Source: Octopus sinensis (Eukaryota). Taken from it: 64,000 nucleotides of DNA. The translations under genes and the position numbers were made by a program. A model generated the notes under the pieces. That model searched no databases, was not told the origin of the DNA, and was given only the letters and a program-made list of their open reading frames with translations. Positions 39,403-55,203 of the stretch are shown in pieces. The DNA lies in the NCBI RefSeq assembly GCF_006345805.1, contig NW_021835465.1, forward strand, positions 6,593 to 70,592, read 5' to 3'. Each line of letters opens with the position of its first letter. Positions within the stretch are counted from its first letter, which is position 1.

Positions 39403-39686
39403 ATGGAAGCACTCCGTCGGTTACGACGACGAGGGTTCCGGTTGATCCGAATCAACAGAACAGCCTGCTCGTGAAATTAACGTGTAAGTGGCTGAGCACT
39501 CCACAGACACGTGTACCCTTAACGTAGTTCTCGGGGATATTCAGCGTGACACAGAGAGTGACAAGGCCGGCCTTTTGAAATACAGGTACAACAGAAACAG
39601 GAAGTAAGAGTGAGAGAAAGTTGTGGTGAAAGAGTACAGCAGGGATCACCACCATCCCCTGCCGGAGCCTCGTGGAGCTTTAGGTA
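39403..39686 (-). mobile_element. SINE-C, 5'-truncated, tail type 1
   Basis: Near-identical to 8667-8950. Confidence 0.9.
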
Positions 39687-40380
39687 CGTAATAATATATC
39701 TAATTATGGGACCATGGTAACCGCTTCCTAAAGAATCAGTGCTAAGGAAGAATATTATAAGAGCTCAGTGAAATAACCTGAGAGCGCCTACTACTACATA
39801 GACGCTTCTGCCACAAGATTCAAGCAAAGATCACACAAGCATATTCATTCTTTTAAATACAAAAGAATTGAAAACAGTACATCATTGGCCAGTTTCACAT
39901 ATTTCATGGTCTCCTGTAAGTAGTGCTCTTCCTTACAGAAGGGGTGGTGGGAGTTGCAATATGTAATATTGGTGGAGGGTTTGATTTACTCAATTACAAA
40001 TCCAGCTTAATTAACAAACTTATTTAATAAAATGTTCTTAAAATTTCCACACCAAAATCTCACATAATTAACTTACTTGGATATGAATAAGTACTCATTT
40101 CTTAATTTTAATCTTTAATCCAGTTTAATATCTTATTTAATTGAATTCACTTTAACGGTAATAGACCTGATATTTCTCGAAAAAAATAGTGAGATGGATA
40201 ATTATCCATAATTTCTACTCACCGTTACTGTGTACGCAGCCGATACTTCCCTGTACCCTCTTCTGGTTACTTAAACACAAATCTCTACTGTAGATTGACC
40301 GCTAGGCTATGTTCTCACAGATTAGCATATCCCAGCACTTGATGACATCTTGACCTTACAGATATATTTAGAATATATAT

Positions 40381-40791
40381 ACTCTTTTACTCTTTTACTT
40401 GTTTCAGTCATTTGACTGCGGCCATGCTGGAGCACCGCCTTTAATCGAGCAACTCGACCCCGGGACTTATTCTTTTGTAAGCCCAGTACTTATTCTATCA
40501 GTCTCTTTTGCCGAACCGCTAAGTAACGGGGACGTAAACACACCAGCATCGGTTGTCAAGCAATGCTAGGGGGACAAACACAGACACACAAACACACACA
40601 CGCATATATATATACATATGTACGACGAGCTTCTTTCAGTTTCCGTCTACCAAATCCACTCACAAGGCTTTGGTCGGCCCGAGGCTATAGTAGAAGACAC
40701 TGACACTTGCCCAAGGTGCCACACAGTGGGACTGAACTCGGAACCATGTGGTTGCTAAACAAGCTACTTACCACACAGCCACTCCTGCGCC
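40381..40791 (-). mobile_element. SINE-A full-length in TA-rich site
   Basis: Consensus match. Confidence 0.9.
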
Positions 40792-41068
40792 TACATATAT
40801 GTAAAAAAAAAAAGCGCAACAAGAATGATGCCTGTTATCTACAATCCTACTTCCACAGTTATATTCGTAGCATCTTCTGAAAATCTAGCACAATGATATT
40901 TTTAAAGAAAATGATTGGAGGCTAACTGTTCCATTAATTAATTGATTAATTAATTGATTGATTATGCATAAAAGCCACTGTATAGTGTGAAAAAACAGTT
41001 TCTTAAGCTATTTGAAACGTCCGTAAATGAATAAATTTATGCAAGAATATAATTTCTCATTCTTGCTC

Positions 41069-41113
<45 letters not shown>

Positions 41114-41156
41114 TGTGTATGTGTGTGTGTGTGTGTGTGTATGTGTGTGTGTGTGT

Positions 41157-41325
41157 GTGGCCGGATCGGAGTGATATCGAGATTAAACAGCCGAAATTAC
41201 TAAGATGATCCGGTTCCCGACTGAAGATTAGAGGTTTCGAGTGACCCGTCGGTTTTTTGTGTCGTCTCCTTGTGTGTTTTTGCGTTCTTGTCCCACTTTG
41301 TAATTTATATCTTATATCAAATTCT

Positions 41326-41330
<5 letters not shown>
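41157..41330 (+). mobile_element. Structured repeat (family HC), homologous to 56450-56620
   Basis: Shared hairpin arms and CTGAAGA motif. Confidence 0.6.
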
Positions 41331-41390
<60 letters not shown>

Positions 41391-42054
41391 GCATACAAGA
41401 TTCTCTAGAGACAACGTAAGAAAAACTCCGCTTTATATACATTCACCTGTATTCGTCTAACTGCTTCCATTCTGCTTGGACACATTAGAACTAGCATCAG
41501 ATAAACCCTGCAGGAAATGTAGACCGATATGTAGCAGACGAATCACCATTTCTCTGCAATAAGGTACTGACAGTATTTCCACATTTGAACCATTCCAGGG
41601 CTACTATTTTAAGCAGGAAATATAAGAAAAATAAAACAAGACAATAAATATATTAAGAAAACAAATAAGGAAATAATAACAAATACAAAACACAATAAAA
41701 ACACGAAGTGGAAAATAAAAGCAAACTCAATAACAATAAGCAACACAAATAAGAAGGCGAAGAAGAAAATATAAAATGCAAAGAAAGGGAAAACGAAATC
41801 TTAATGGTTTCTCACTCCCTTTATACTCTCTCTCTCTCTCTCTCTCCCTCTCTCTCACTGTCTCTCTCTCTCTCCTCTTTCTCTTACCGCACACACGTGA
41901 CACGTACATATGTCTGCACCTATAAACAAACACGCGCGCGCACACACAGACACACATATGTAGGTGTGTGTGTGTGTATGTAATTAGTGTATATAAATAT
42001 TGTGTGTATATATATGTATATATATATCTATGTATAAATAAATATATATATATA

Positions 42055-42088
<34 letters not shown>

Positions 42089-42115
42089 GTATATATATAT
42101 ATAGTTACACACTCA

Positions 42116-42183
<68 letters not shown>

Positions 42184-42193
42184 TGTATATATA

Positions 42194-42237
<44 letters not shown>

Positions 42238-42665
42238 TATATACACATATACATATATATATATACTCGTACTAAAAGAAACTGGCTACCGAAACTACAA
42301 AATTACGTAATCACAAACTTACAACATACTACATGTGCTGACGTCATGGTTGCCAGCCAGTCGCAATGCCTTATGGGATAATGACTGGAGATATAGTTTG
42401 CTGGCAGACTTCTCTCTCTAAAATTCCCAGACTCTGGAATTTCTTCTCCAAAGCGGATGATAGATACACAGATGTTAGATTTTTTTTTCATGCATCTCTA
42501 TTGCCCATCACTGCCGTTCTAATGAGATGGTCGGTTCCAACAAACAGCGAGGCGTGGTAGTTTTTTTTTTATTCGTACAAATGGGCTTAGTGGTTCTAGA
42601 CGAAGTTAGAAATAGCGTAATCGCATGAAAATGGTGCGTCGTTTTATACATACATATATACATGC

Positions 42666-43845
<1,180 letters not shown>

Positions 43846-43850
43846 AAATT

Positions 43851-44062
43851 ATGTCTACTATAGGCACAAGGCCTGAAATTCAGGAGGAATGGGTCAGTCG
43901 ATTTCATCGACCTCAGTACTCAACTGGCATTTCATATATCAACATCGAGAGGTTGAAAGGCAAAGTCGACCTCGGTGGAATTTGTACCCAGAACGTAAGT
44001 CCGGAAGAAATGCCACTAAGCCTTTTGTCCGGCGTGCTAACAGTTCTACCAGCTCGCCGCCT
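43851..44062 (-). mobile_element. SINE-B, tail B
   Basis: Consensus match. Confidence 0.8.
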
Positions 44063-44139
44063 TAATATCATTAATAATAATGACGGTGTAGAGCTGCCCA
44101 ATGGCGAGAAAAGCTTATAATACAAAGAGGCAAAGTAGT

Positions 44140-45235
44140 GTCGTCTAATGGTGTAAAGAAAAAAGCAGCGCAGGTGTTGTTAGGTGGACAAAGAACGTGC
44201 TTGAGGAAATGGACAGGAGAGCTAGAAGAGTGATGACAATTAACAAGAAACTACACCCCAAAAGCGACGCTGACAGACTGTATGTGCCTAGAAACAGGCG
44301 CGGAAGAGGTCTCATAGGATGCAAGATCTGTGTTGTCAACGAGAACAGTCTGGGATTGTACATCAAATAGCAGAGTGAATCCTTGCTTGCTGCTATTAGA
44401 ATTAACAATATAATACCTAGCGAAAATGTGACGCACCCACAAGCATTTAAGAAGCAAGATGAAGTAGAAAGAGTAAACAACTAGAAAATGAAAGCCCTAC
44501 ACGGGCAATACCTCAGAAAAAATCGAAGGAAAAAACAAGACCAACACTTGCAAATGGTTAAGAAGAAGGTATTTAAAAGGAGGCACTGAGACATTGATAT
44601 GTAATAAACTCTGAAAACTAATTACACTAAGTTCCAAATAGATAAGAGTAGCGAATCGCCCCTTTGTAGGATGTGTAGCAACAGAAACGAAACAATCTCA
44701 CATATTGTGAGTGAGTGTAGCAAGCTGGCCCAAAGGTACTACAAAAGGAGGCACGGTAACGTAGATAAGTTGGTCACTGGAGGCTATGTGAAAAGTACGA
44801 TCTGGACAGAGTACGGAAATGGTACGAACATGATCCAGAAAGAATCACTGAGAACAAGGAGCATAAGATACTGTGGGATTTTACAATCCAATGTGACTCC
44901 CTAACCGAGGTTCGGAGACCAGACATTGTCGTGGTAGATGAAGGAAAAAAAGAAACCAAACTTATTGATATTGCAATGCCTGGGATGCACGTATAAGTAT
45001 CAAAGAACTAGAGAAGATTGAAAAGTACAGATCACTAAAAGATGAAAGTGCAAGAATGTGGACTATGAGGAGAGTGTCTGTCAATACAGTAGTTGTAGGG
45101 GCGCTCGGAGCACTAACGACTGAATTCGAGAAATATGTCAAAGAAATCGAAATTGACATGAGAAAAGAACAAGCTCAATAACTGCTCTGTTGGGGACAGC
45201 TAGGCTTTTGAGATTGGTTCTTGGATGTTAAATGT
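44140..45235 (+). mobile_element. R4/Dong-like LINE fragment, second subfamily
   Basis: GVVRWTK...MDRRARR...LHPKSDADRLYVPR..GRGL; CRMCSNRNETISHIVSECSKLAQRYYKRRH; RRPDIVVV. Confidence 0.85.
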
Positions 45236-45698
45236 CTCCCAATAACAGCTAAATATCAAAGCTTATAATGTGCAGAAAGAGATTCTGTGAGACCTCTGAC
45301 AGCAGGATGCTGTCCGCTCTCACAGAATCTACCAGAACAAACAAGACCGAACAAAATAAGTACCAGTAGTGCACTGGGGTCGATGTAATTGCTGGTCTTG
45401 TTCCAAAATTTGAAACCAATATTACTGCTGCTGTTGGTGATGGTGTTTGTTGTCGCTGTGATGATGTTGGCGGTTGTAATGGTGTTGGTAGTGGTTGTTC
45501 TGTAGGACCAGATCAGACTTGATCGGGCAGTCCCATGAGGCAATTCCAGCGGTATCCTTCTCTCTTTTATTCTGTCGTGGCGTATCTAGGGTTTTATTTA
45601 TCTAATACGCCCTTTGTCGTTGTTGTTTAAGTCTCAAGTCAAGCCTGATCATCAAAGACATTTCAGCTGTGACCACCCCGCCTTTATATTTCTTGTGA

Positions 45699-45935
45699 GG
45701 CACAGGCGCGGCTGTGTGGTAAGAATTTTGCTTCCCAATCACGTGGTTCCGCTCTCCGTCCACTTGTATATGAACTTGGACAATTGTCTTCGACTTATGC
45801 TAACCAAATTCTTGTGCGTGGATTTGGCAGGCGGAAACTGAAAGAAGCCTGTCGCATAATTATATATGTTTGTGTATATGTGTGTGTATGTGTGAGTGTG
45901 TGTGTGTTTGTCCCTACTACCGCTTGACAACCAGT
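45699..45935 (+). mobile_element. SINE-A partial, diverged
   Basis: Head and central region match. Confidence 0.7.
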
Positions 45936-46204
45936 AGCTTTCCTTTCTTTTAGAATGAAAAGAGTAGGTTGAGGAAGTTTTTACTGCTATTTCCACGAGA
46001 TCGAATGATTGCATCGGGCTCCATCATTGGCTCATATTGAAGCTTGTAATTCAATAATATCAACATTACATTAATTCAATAATGTCGATTTGGTTGGCTG
46101 AGACAGAAATTTCGCTTCTTTAAAGATTATCCATCCATAACTCTTTTACTTATCTAACATCAGACAATCTATTAACCAGTTTTACACACTAATGTTCCAC
46201 GAGC

Positions 46205-46343
46205 AGTAATAATAATAATATAATAATAATATAATAATAATAATAATAATAATAATGATAATAATAATAATGATAATGATGTTGATAATAAAAATAATAA
46301 AAATAATAATAATAATAATAAAAATAAAAATAATAATAATAAC

Positions 46344-46402
<59 letters not shown>

Positions 46403-46589
46403 TAATAATGATAATGATGTGATAATAATAATAATAATAATAATAATGATGATGATGATGCTGCTGCTAATAATAATAATAATGATGATAATAATGATGA
46501 TGATGGTAAAAATAATAACAAAAATGTTAATGATAATAATAATAATACTAATAATAATAATGATAATAATAATAATGATAATGATGTTG

Positions 46590-46641
<52 letters not shown>

Positions 46642-46775
46642 TAATAATAATAATGATAATGATGATAATAATAATAATGATAATGATGCTGATAATAATA
46701 ATAATGATAATGATAATGATGACTGTGATGATAATGATGATGATGATGATGATGATAATAATAATATAATAATAA

Positions 46776-46819
<44 letters not shown>

Positions 46820-46820
46820 A
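46205..46820. repeat. ~615-bp (TAA)/(TGA)/(TAG) compound trinucleotide tract
   Basis: Direct reading. Confidence 0.95.
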
Positions 46821-47102
46821 TATTCTTCTGATTGTTGTTGCTGCTGCTGTTGCCGTCATTTCTTATTCATCTTTTACTATTTAACGTATGTGTGTCTATC
46901 TATATGTATGCGTTGGTCTCTCACTCTGTCTACGTATGCATATATCTGTGTATGTGTTGTCTGCTGGTGCCTTAGTGTGTTCGTGTGTAAATGTTTGGGT
47001 TTTTGTATTCTTTTTGTTCTTCAACCCTAGGTTGGCTCTTATCAAACTGATTTATGCTCAAAACTGTTCCTATATATCCATTCCGTCTCATTCTTAGATA
47101 AT

Positions 47103-47154
<52 letters not shown>

Positions 47155-47190
47155 TTTATCTATTTATCTATCTATCTATCTATCTATCTT

Positions 47191-47249
<59 letters not shown>

Positions 47250-47254
47250 CTCTC

Positions 47255-47293
<39 letters not shown>

Positions 47294-47294
47294 C

Positions 47295-47346
<52 letters not shown>

Positions 47347-47660
47347 ACTAAGTGTATGTCTGTTTGTACGTCTGTTTATCTGGCTGTCTGTCGATCTATA
47401 CATACATACACACACACATACATACATACATACATACACACATACATACATACATACATACATACATACATACATACATACATACATACATACATACATA
47501 CGTACGTACATACATACATACATACATGCATGCATACATACATACATACATACATACATACATACATACATACATCCATACATACATACGTATATGTAGA
47601 CAGACAAACACGCATATAGACATGCTTAAGAGACACATATATCCATATATAAATGTATGC

Positions 47661-47708
<48 letters not shown>

Positions 47709-47780
47709 TATATATATATAATAAAATATATATATATATATATAGATATATATATATATATATATATAATATATATATAT

Positions 47781-47835
<55 letters not shown>

Positions 47836-48117
47836 TGGAGTGTATACAAATAAAAATAATACATAAATATATGCATACATATAGACATAAATATGTATGT
47901 ATATATCTATATCTGCACACACACACACACACACACACATATAAATGTATGAATACTTTCTGCTGATCTATATCCAAATCTCATGCGTGTTATACACCTG
48001 GTGGTGAACTATCGAAGAGGAGATAATTTCTTTCCAGATTAAGTTGAGACGGGTTTGAAATTTCAATCAAAGAATAATATATACATACATATGTGTGTGT
48101 GTGTGTATGTGTGTGTA

Positions 48118-48159
<42 letters not shown>

Positions 48160-48161
<2 letters not shown>

Positions 48162-48452
48162 GTCGCCCTTTTCAAGCCTAGCCAGACTCATGGGCCCGGT
48201 TTCCCGGTTCCTGTGGCGTATGTGTTCCCCCTACCCAGCTGGACGGGACGCCAGTCCATCGCAGCGTTACTCAAGAAACAAGAGAGAGTGAGAGAAAGTT
48301 GTGGCGAAAGAGTACAACAGGGGTCACCATCACCCTCTGCCAGAGCCTTGTGAAGCTTTTTTTAAGTGTTTTCGCTCAATAAACACACAACGCCCGGTCT
48401 GGGAATCAAAACCGCGATCCGCTGCCCTAACCACTGGCCATTGCGCCTCCAC
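48160..48452 (-). mobile_element. SINE-C with tail type 2 (V-domain-like segment)
   Basis: Shared head/body, then CTGCGATGGACTGGCGTCCCGTCCAG...GAAACCGGGCCCATGAG. Confidence 0.8.
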
Positions 48453-48996
48453 GTTATATATATATATATATATATATACATACGTGTGTGTGTGTGGTAT
48501 GTATGTATGTATGTATGTATATGCATATATATATGTGTGTATGTGTATGTGTATATAAATGCATTAGAAATGCATACACACAAATACGCATGCGCATATC
48601 GCGCATCTTTCTAATCTATAATTCTCCTATCTCTTTCTCTTCCTCACTCTTTATATACATTCATACATGCATACATACATACACCCACACCCACCCCACC
48701 CACCCACACACACACACACACACAACACACACACACACCACACACACACACACACACATATAAATGTATGAATACTTTCTGCTGATCTATATCCAAATCT
48801 CATGCGTGTTATACACCTGGTGGTGAACTATCGAAGAGGAGATAATTTCTTTCCAGATTAAGTTGAGACGGGTTTGAAATTTCAATCAAAGAATAATATA
48901 TACATACATATGTGTGTGTGTGTGTATGTGTGTGTGTATATATATATATGTGTGTGTGTGTGTATGTATGTATGTATATATATATATATATATAAA

Positions 48997-49290
48997 ACGT
49001 CGCCCTTTTCAAGCCTAGCCAGACTCATGGGCCCGGTTTCCCGGTTCCTGTGGCGTATGTGTTCCCCCTACCCAGCTGGACGGGACGCCAGTCCATCGCA
49101 GCGTTACTCAAAAAACAAGAGAGAGTGAGAGAAAGTTGTGGCGAAAGAGTACAACAGGGGTCACCATCACCCTCTGCCAGAGCCTTGTGAAGCTTTTTTT
49201 AAGTGTTTTCGCTCAATAAACAAACAACGCCCGGTCTGGGAATCAAAACCGCGATCCGCTGCCCTAACCACTGGGCCATTGCGCCTCCAC
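48997..49290 (-). mobile_element. SINE-C tail type 2, duplicated copy
   Basis: Part of the tandem duplication. Confidence 0.8.
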
Positions 49291-49321
49291 GTTATATATA
49301 TATATATATATATATACATAC

Positions 49322-49353
<32 letters not shown>

Positions 49354-49531
49354 ATGTATATGCATATATATATGTGTGTATGTGTATGTGTATATAAATG
49401 CATTAGAAATGCATACACACAAAATACGCATGCGCATATCGCGCATCTTTCTAATCTATAATTCTCCTATCTCTTTCTCTTCCTCACTCTTTATATACAT
49501 TCATACATGCATACATACATACACCCACACC

Positions 49532-49577
<46 letters not shown>

Positions 49578-49579
49578 CT

Positions 49580-49682
49580 AGTCGTCACACTGCAGCCTTG
49601 GGCACCGCCTTAAAGAATTTTTAGTGAAACGTATTACCCTCAGTATTTATATTTTTGAAGCCTGCTACTTTTTCTATTGGTT

Positions 49683-49740
<58 letters not shown>

Positions 49741-49915
49741 CACACACCCATACATATATATACACGACAGGCTTCTTTCAGTTTCCGTCAACCAAATCCA
49801 CTACCAAGACTCTGGTCGGCTCGAGGTTAAAATGGAAGACACTTGCCCAAGATGCCATGCTGTGGAAACGAACCCGGAACCATGTGGTTGGGAAACAAAC
49901 TTCTTACTACACAAC
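49580..49915 (-). mobile_element. SINE-A, old rearranged copy
   Basis: Partial consensus match. Confidence 0.6.
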
Positions 49916-50044
49916 CAGGTTGTGATATCAGGGATACCTTGTTGCTATATCTAACAGACTGATGGATCAAATAAAAACTCCGTCTGAGGCCCACGTCGGT
50001 CTTAATGATAATATTGGTAATATTTTTGGTGTTATATATTACCG

Positions 50045-50272
50045 ATTTCTTTACTACCCACAAGGGGCTAAACACAGAGGAGACAAACGGACAGACAGAC
50101 GGATTCAGTCGATTATATTGACCCCAGTGAGTAACTGGTACTTAATTTATCGACCCCGAAAGGATGAAAGGCAAAGTCGACCTCGGCGGAATTTGAACTC
50201 AGAACGTAACGGCAGTCGAAATATGGCTACGCATTTCGCCGAGCGTGCTAACGTTTCTGCCAGCTCGCCGCC
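50045..50272 (-). mobile_element. SINE-B full-length, tail A
   Basis: Consensus match. Confidence 0.9.
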
Positions 50273-50729
50273 TTGGTGTTATATATTACCGAGTCATCTC
50301 TGATCAAAAGCGCTCTAGACTTGACCATGTATTCTTCCGATGCATAAAATGGACTCAGGGAAATTATGGATGTTATTTGTAACAAACCGAATGCTATGTC
50401 CCCTTCATTGATGCGTCGTCATAACGATGACTTTAGAACCGAATAAAGGGCTGCGTTGGCAAAATTTCACGGCGAGACCCTATAGGTAAGGATATGGGGA
50501 CGTATATTTATGCGCCAGTGGACAATTGTTGCCTTTTCGCTTTGGGGGGAAGGGCGCCAATACACTGTCGCATGCGTTGCTGAGAATAGCTGTGTCTTAA
50601 GTCTCTGCCTGCCACACTGAGAAATGTATTCCTAGATAAACTGTGGTTGAATAACAAAAGATGAGTTAGATAAAAGTGGAACATGTTTGAGAGTAGTCTA
50701 CAATGGATCAAGTCTGAACTGAGGCTATA

Positions 50730-50775
50730 ACAGCAACAGCAACTACTACTACCACCACCATCACTACCACCACCG

Positions 50776-50810
<35 letters not shown>

Positions 50811-50897
50811 GCCGCCGCCGCCGCCACCACCACCACCACCACCACTACTACTACTACTGCCGCCGCCGCCACCACCACCACCACCACCACCACCACC

Positions 50898-50936
<39 letters not shown>

Positions 50937-51023
50937 GCTGCTGCTACTGCTGCTGCTGCTGCTGCCGCCGCCGACGCCACCACCACCACCACCACCATCA
51001 CCACCACCACCACCACCACCACC
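50730..51023. repeat. (CAC)/(TAC)/(GCT)/(GCC) trinucleotide mosaic
   Basis: Direct reading. Confidence 0.95.
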
Positions 51024-52669
51024 GGATCTCTGTGTACCTTTCACGATGTTAATACTATGGCAAGCATTCAAACCCCCCAAATCGCACCGATTGTTGTATT
51101 CCGGTCAACTTTTGAAAGCAAAAAATAAAAGCGTGCGTCTGAAGGAAACGGAATCTCCATGAATGCACACCATCGACCCAAAGCAACAGTCATGTCTTTC
51201 TCCAACTCTCTTTAAAAGAAAGTTACACATTAAATAACGTATTTCTCAATCGTAGCGCAGTATGATCTTGTCCACCCTGTATTGTATCCCGGGTGACTGC
51301 ACCTCTCCTTAAACTTATCACACCTTCGACTACAGTGAACACCCGTATGTAAAGTGAACTTCTGTTCTTCACATACCCTGTATACCCCAGACTACGCTGC
51401 TGGTTCTAAAAAATCCCTAAAAGACGAGATGGCTAAATACGTTTGCATATAAATCGACTCGGTCAGAGTTGACATGGAGGAGACTAAATATTCACGATAA
51501 CAACACCATCATCATCATGATCATCATGATCATCATGATCATCATCACCATCAACAACACCATCATCATAATCGACATTATCGTTATCGTCATTATCATC
51601 ATCATCATCAGCAGCAGCAGCAACATCATCAGTAACAGCAACATCGACAGTAACAAGAAGAAAGAAAAGTGTAGAATATGGGAAAGCTTTTTCAGCCTCG
51701 TGGCGATTGATGTCTGCTCTCAGTTTGACCGTAGTTTTAGTCACGCCAGTAAACTTTTGTCTAAAATATGGAAGCACGTTCATCAATCACTCCAATACAA
51801 TTTTCACAACGCTGAGATCACCAATCGTAGCTATCTTCCATTAATTCCATGTATTAAAGAAAGATGAAATAGTTTTTGAAATCGATATTCAGTTTGTGTT
51901 ATTCTCTGCACTATTGCCTGGCTCATTTCATTTAGTGAAGAGAGGCGACCGACAGACCAGTTTAGATTTTTCAGTGACAGAATTTCTTTCAATTCGTTCA
52001 ATCATGTCTGTGGTTTGTTGTTGTAGCTATTATGGTCATCCATATATTTAGACATCACTGAATGCTTCATTTGCAGTTCTCGACAAATGTCGGAATCAAA
52101 TTAGAGATAATCACGTGATGTTGGGAGGTTTGGATTTCTTCCTTTAGTTCCATTTACACTGCACTAAAAATGGATATTTGAGCCCATCATAGGTCTTTAG
52201 TAAGCAAAAAAGACAACAACAACAACAACAGCAGCAACAACAACAGACAGAGAAATCAAGCAACCGAAAAAGAAGGCAAAGAAGCAAGCATCGCAAAAAC
52301 AAGGCGAAATAGAAGAGAATCTGCGCAATGCAATATTGGTTTTACAATTTAAATCTCATCTGAAACATAAATATCGTTATCGATCGATTAAAGCAAACAA
52401 CATTTAAACATACCAATGGGAGAGCGCCTGCGTGGTTGGATCAACCGGCTAGAAATGGTAGCTAAATCTTTCTCAATACACAACCTGCTATTTCAGAAAC
52501 CAAAAAGGAAAAAGAAAAAAAGCATTCAATAATGCTTAGTATATAAGAGAGATGGTCATGAAAAGATCGACTGCCCAATATAAACAGCATTATACAGCTA
52601 TATATTACAAAAAGACAGAAGCCCTACGATTGAAGCGCTTTTGAAGGGTTAGGGTGTTCCACCCATTAC

Positions 52670-52902
52670 CTATTTCTTTATTACCCACAAGGGGCTAAAC
52701 ACAGAGGGGACAAACAAGGACAGACATGGGTATTAAGTCGATTACATCGACCCCAGTGCGTAACTGGTACTTAATTTATCGACCCCGAAAGGATGAAAGG
52801 CAAAGTCGACCTCGGCGGAATTTGAACTCACAACGTAATGCAGACGAAATATCGCTAAGCATTTCGCCCGGCGTGCTAACGTTTCTGCCAGCTCGCCGCC
52901 TT
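52670..52902 (-). mobile_element. SINE-B full-length, tail A
   Basis: Consensus match. Confidence 0.9.
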
Positions 52903-53574
52903 CGACCCATTACCACAAGGTAGTAGATTCAAAATCTGTATCGGTCGGTACGTTGAGTCCTTGAGCAAGGCACTCCATTACCAGTTGACTGAACTAAAAA
53001 TGAATCCCAGCCGGTCGCTAGAGCAGCTCTTTCTCCCTCCAGCTGTCATATTCTCGTTGTTTCACCGGCTCAAGAATGAGAAAACCGTCAGTATAACTAT
53101 GTCAGCTCTCGACTACACAGGCACCTAAAAAAATTAACGAAAACACGGTACACGTTGTAAAGCCATACTTGCTCGCGAGTGACGACTGGCTCAACTGTAC
53201 AGTACAGTACATAAATGTGTGCGTTTAAGGAGCGCTGGTTTGTGGCTAAGCAGCTAAACCATTAACTACAACAGTAACAGCAACATTTAAACAATACTAT
53301 ATGATACGATAAAATTACTGTCTTTAGGAATAATGAGAATAATGTATCAAAAGTGAAAATAATGCCGAAAGAACACCATAATTAGCTTCGAGGATGTGAA
53401 TAAACAGCTGAAACGGGAGGCTTTTAATGACAGCCAAGATTTGATCAGTCAGCATCCATTTGGAGAAGGATATATAAAAAGTGTATGTGGGGGGGGGGGA
53501 GAACCAATAGCATTTATAAGCTAGAATGAAAAACAATAACCCTCGTTATTCCAGGCCATGTGACCTCTGGTCCA

Positions 53575-53645
53575 TTCTTCTTCTTCTTCTTCTTCTTCTT
53601 CTTTTTCTTCTTCTTCTTCTTTTCTTCTTCTTCTTCTTCTTCTTC

Positions 53646-53677
<32 letters not shown>

Positions 53678-53878
53678 CTTCTTCTTTTTTTTCTTCTTCT
53701 TCTTCTTCTTTCCTTCTTCTTCTTCTTCTGCTTCTTCTTCTTCTTTTTCTTCTTCTTCTTCTGCTTCTTCTTCTTCTTCTTCTTCTTCTTTTTTTCTTCT
53801 TCTTCTTCTGCTTCTTCTTCTTCTTCTTCTTCTTCTTCTTCTTCTTCGTCTTCTTCTTCTTCGTCGTCGTCGTCGTCG

Positions 53879-53916
<38 letters not shown>
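53575..53916. repeat. (TTC)n then (GTC)n/(ATC)n tract
   Basis: Direct reading. Confidence 0.95.
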
Positions 53917-54382
53917 GTGGTCGTCTTATTTCTGTTTTTCCTTGCCTTCTTTAAGCTCACAGTCGGACATTATGGTTCAACACCAGAATGGAGAAAGCTA
54001 ACCAGGAAATTACAGACTCAAGTTATGAATGGAACTGTCAAAATTAGTAAAACTTTCCAGAAGTTTAGCGTTTAAATGTATTTGCACATGTCTCGACACA
54101 CAACTACATGCGAATACATACATAAAACAAAGCATACAAATCTACACATGCACCGTGCAGTAACTTTGTGTGAGCATGGCTTGTAACTCCAAATATTGTT
54201 CACGCACAGAAAAACATGCAGAAATACCCTGTTGATATTGAAGTTCCAGTGAAGGGACCTTGGTTAGAAATAGGTTCCTTCTTTATTGGTAAGAAATCTT
54301 GAAATAAAACATACATACATATATGCATATATACATATATACATATATATGCATATATACATATATACATATATGCATATAA

Positions 54383-54612
54383 AGGCGGCGAGCTGGCAGA
54401 CACGTTAGCGCACCGGGCGGAATACTTAGCGGTATTTCGTCTGTCGTTACGTTCTGAGTTCAAATTCCGCCGAGGTCGACTTTGCCTTTCATCCTTTCGG
54501 GGTCGATAAATAAAAGTACCAGTTTCGCACTGGGGTCGATGTAATCGACTTAATCCGTTTGTTTGTCCTTGTTCGTCCTCTCTATGTTTAGCCCCTTGTG
54601 GGTAATAAAGAA
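54383..54612 (+). mobile_element. SINE-B full-length, tail A
   Basis: Consensus match. Confidence 0.9.
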
Positions 54613-55203
54613 ATATATATGCATATATACATATATACATACAAGAGAAAGAAGACATCTGTCGACCATTAATAAGGAGTTTTCAAATCCAGTACCCAAG
54701 ATACACCTTTCAGCTTCATACCCACTATTATTGGAGCAACAGGATACATACCGACCTGTCTGGAGCAAAGTATGGCTGAACTTGGGTTCTTGGGGAGTGA
54801 GAAAGAAAATCCTTAATTCACGATATCTTGGATCATAAAAATCTGCAAGACCTTAAGAGTTGAGGTAAGATGAAGAAAACGATATGCTTTCCTTCACAAG
54901 CTGGCCACCACGTATTTGGCGGGTCAAAATTTATTCTGAATTAAAAAGCGAAAGAGAAGAACGTACATACATACAAACATACATGCTTAACAGCTACGAT
55001 ATTACTTTTACAGCAAGTTGGACAAAGGCGTTGTGCATTATATAACGTTTTACAACCCCACAGTATATTGTCTTCACAGTCAGACGAACTAAGATGTTTC
55101 ATATTAAGGTTGTTTCCAAATACACAGCAATGTTATGTTCTCGTATTCGAACCCTGCACTTGCGTTCGCAGTTCATGAATTGGTTCTCTCGGACATCATT
55201 ACT

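Larger units (their letters stand above)
47941..49570. repeat. Direct tandem duplication, unit ~819 bp
   Basis: 47941-48759 is repeated at 48760-49570, differing mostly in microsatellite length and single-base indels. Confidence 0.95.

Noticed and set aside
46189-46859. Long ORFs with poly-I/M/Y/L
   Set aside because: Translations of trinucleotide microsatellite; the same applies to most YI/CV/HT/LSIY ORFs in the track.
50508-51080. 190-aa Gly/Ser-rich ORF
   Set aside because: Length comes from a stop-free trinucleotide mosaic; flanks have no coding character.
53329-53480. Possible plus-strand exon (TTTAG...GT) encoding TIISFEDVNKQLKREAF
   Set aside because: All frames have stops shortly after the acceptor.
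53514-54075. Lys/Arg/Glu- or Phe/Ser-rich ORFs
   Set aside because: (TTC)n repeat translations.
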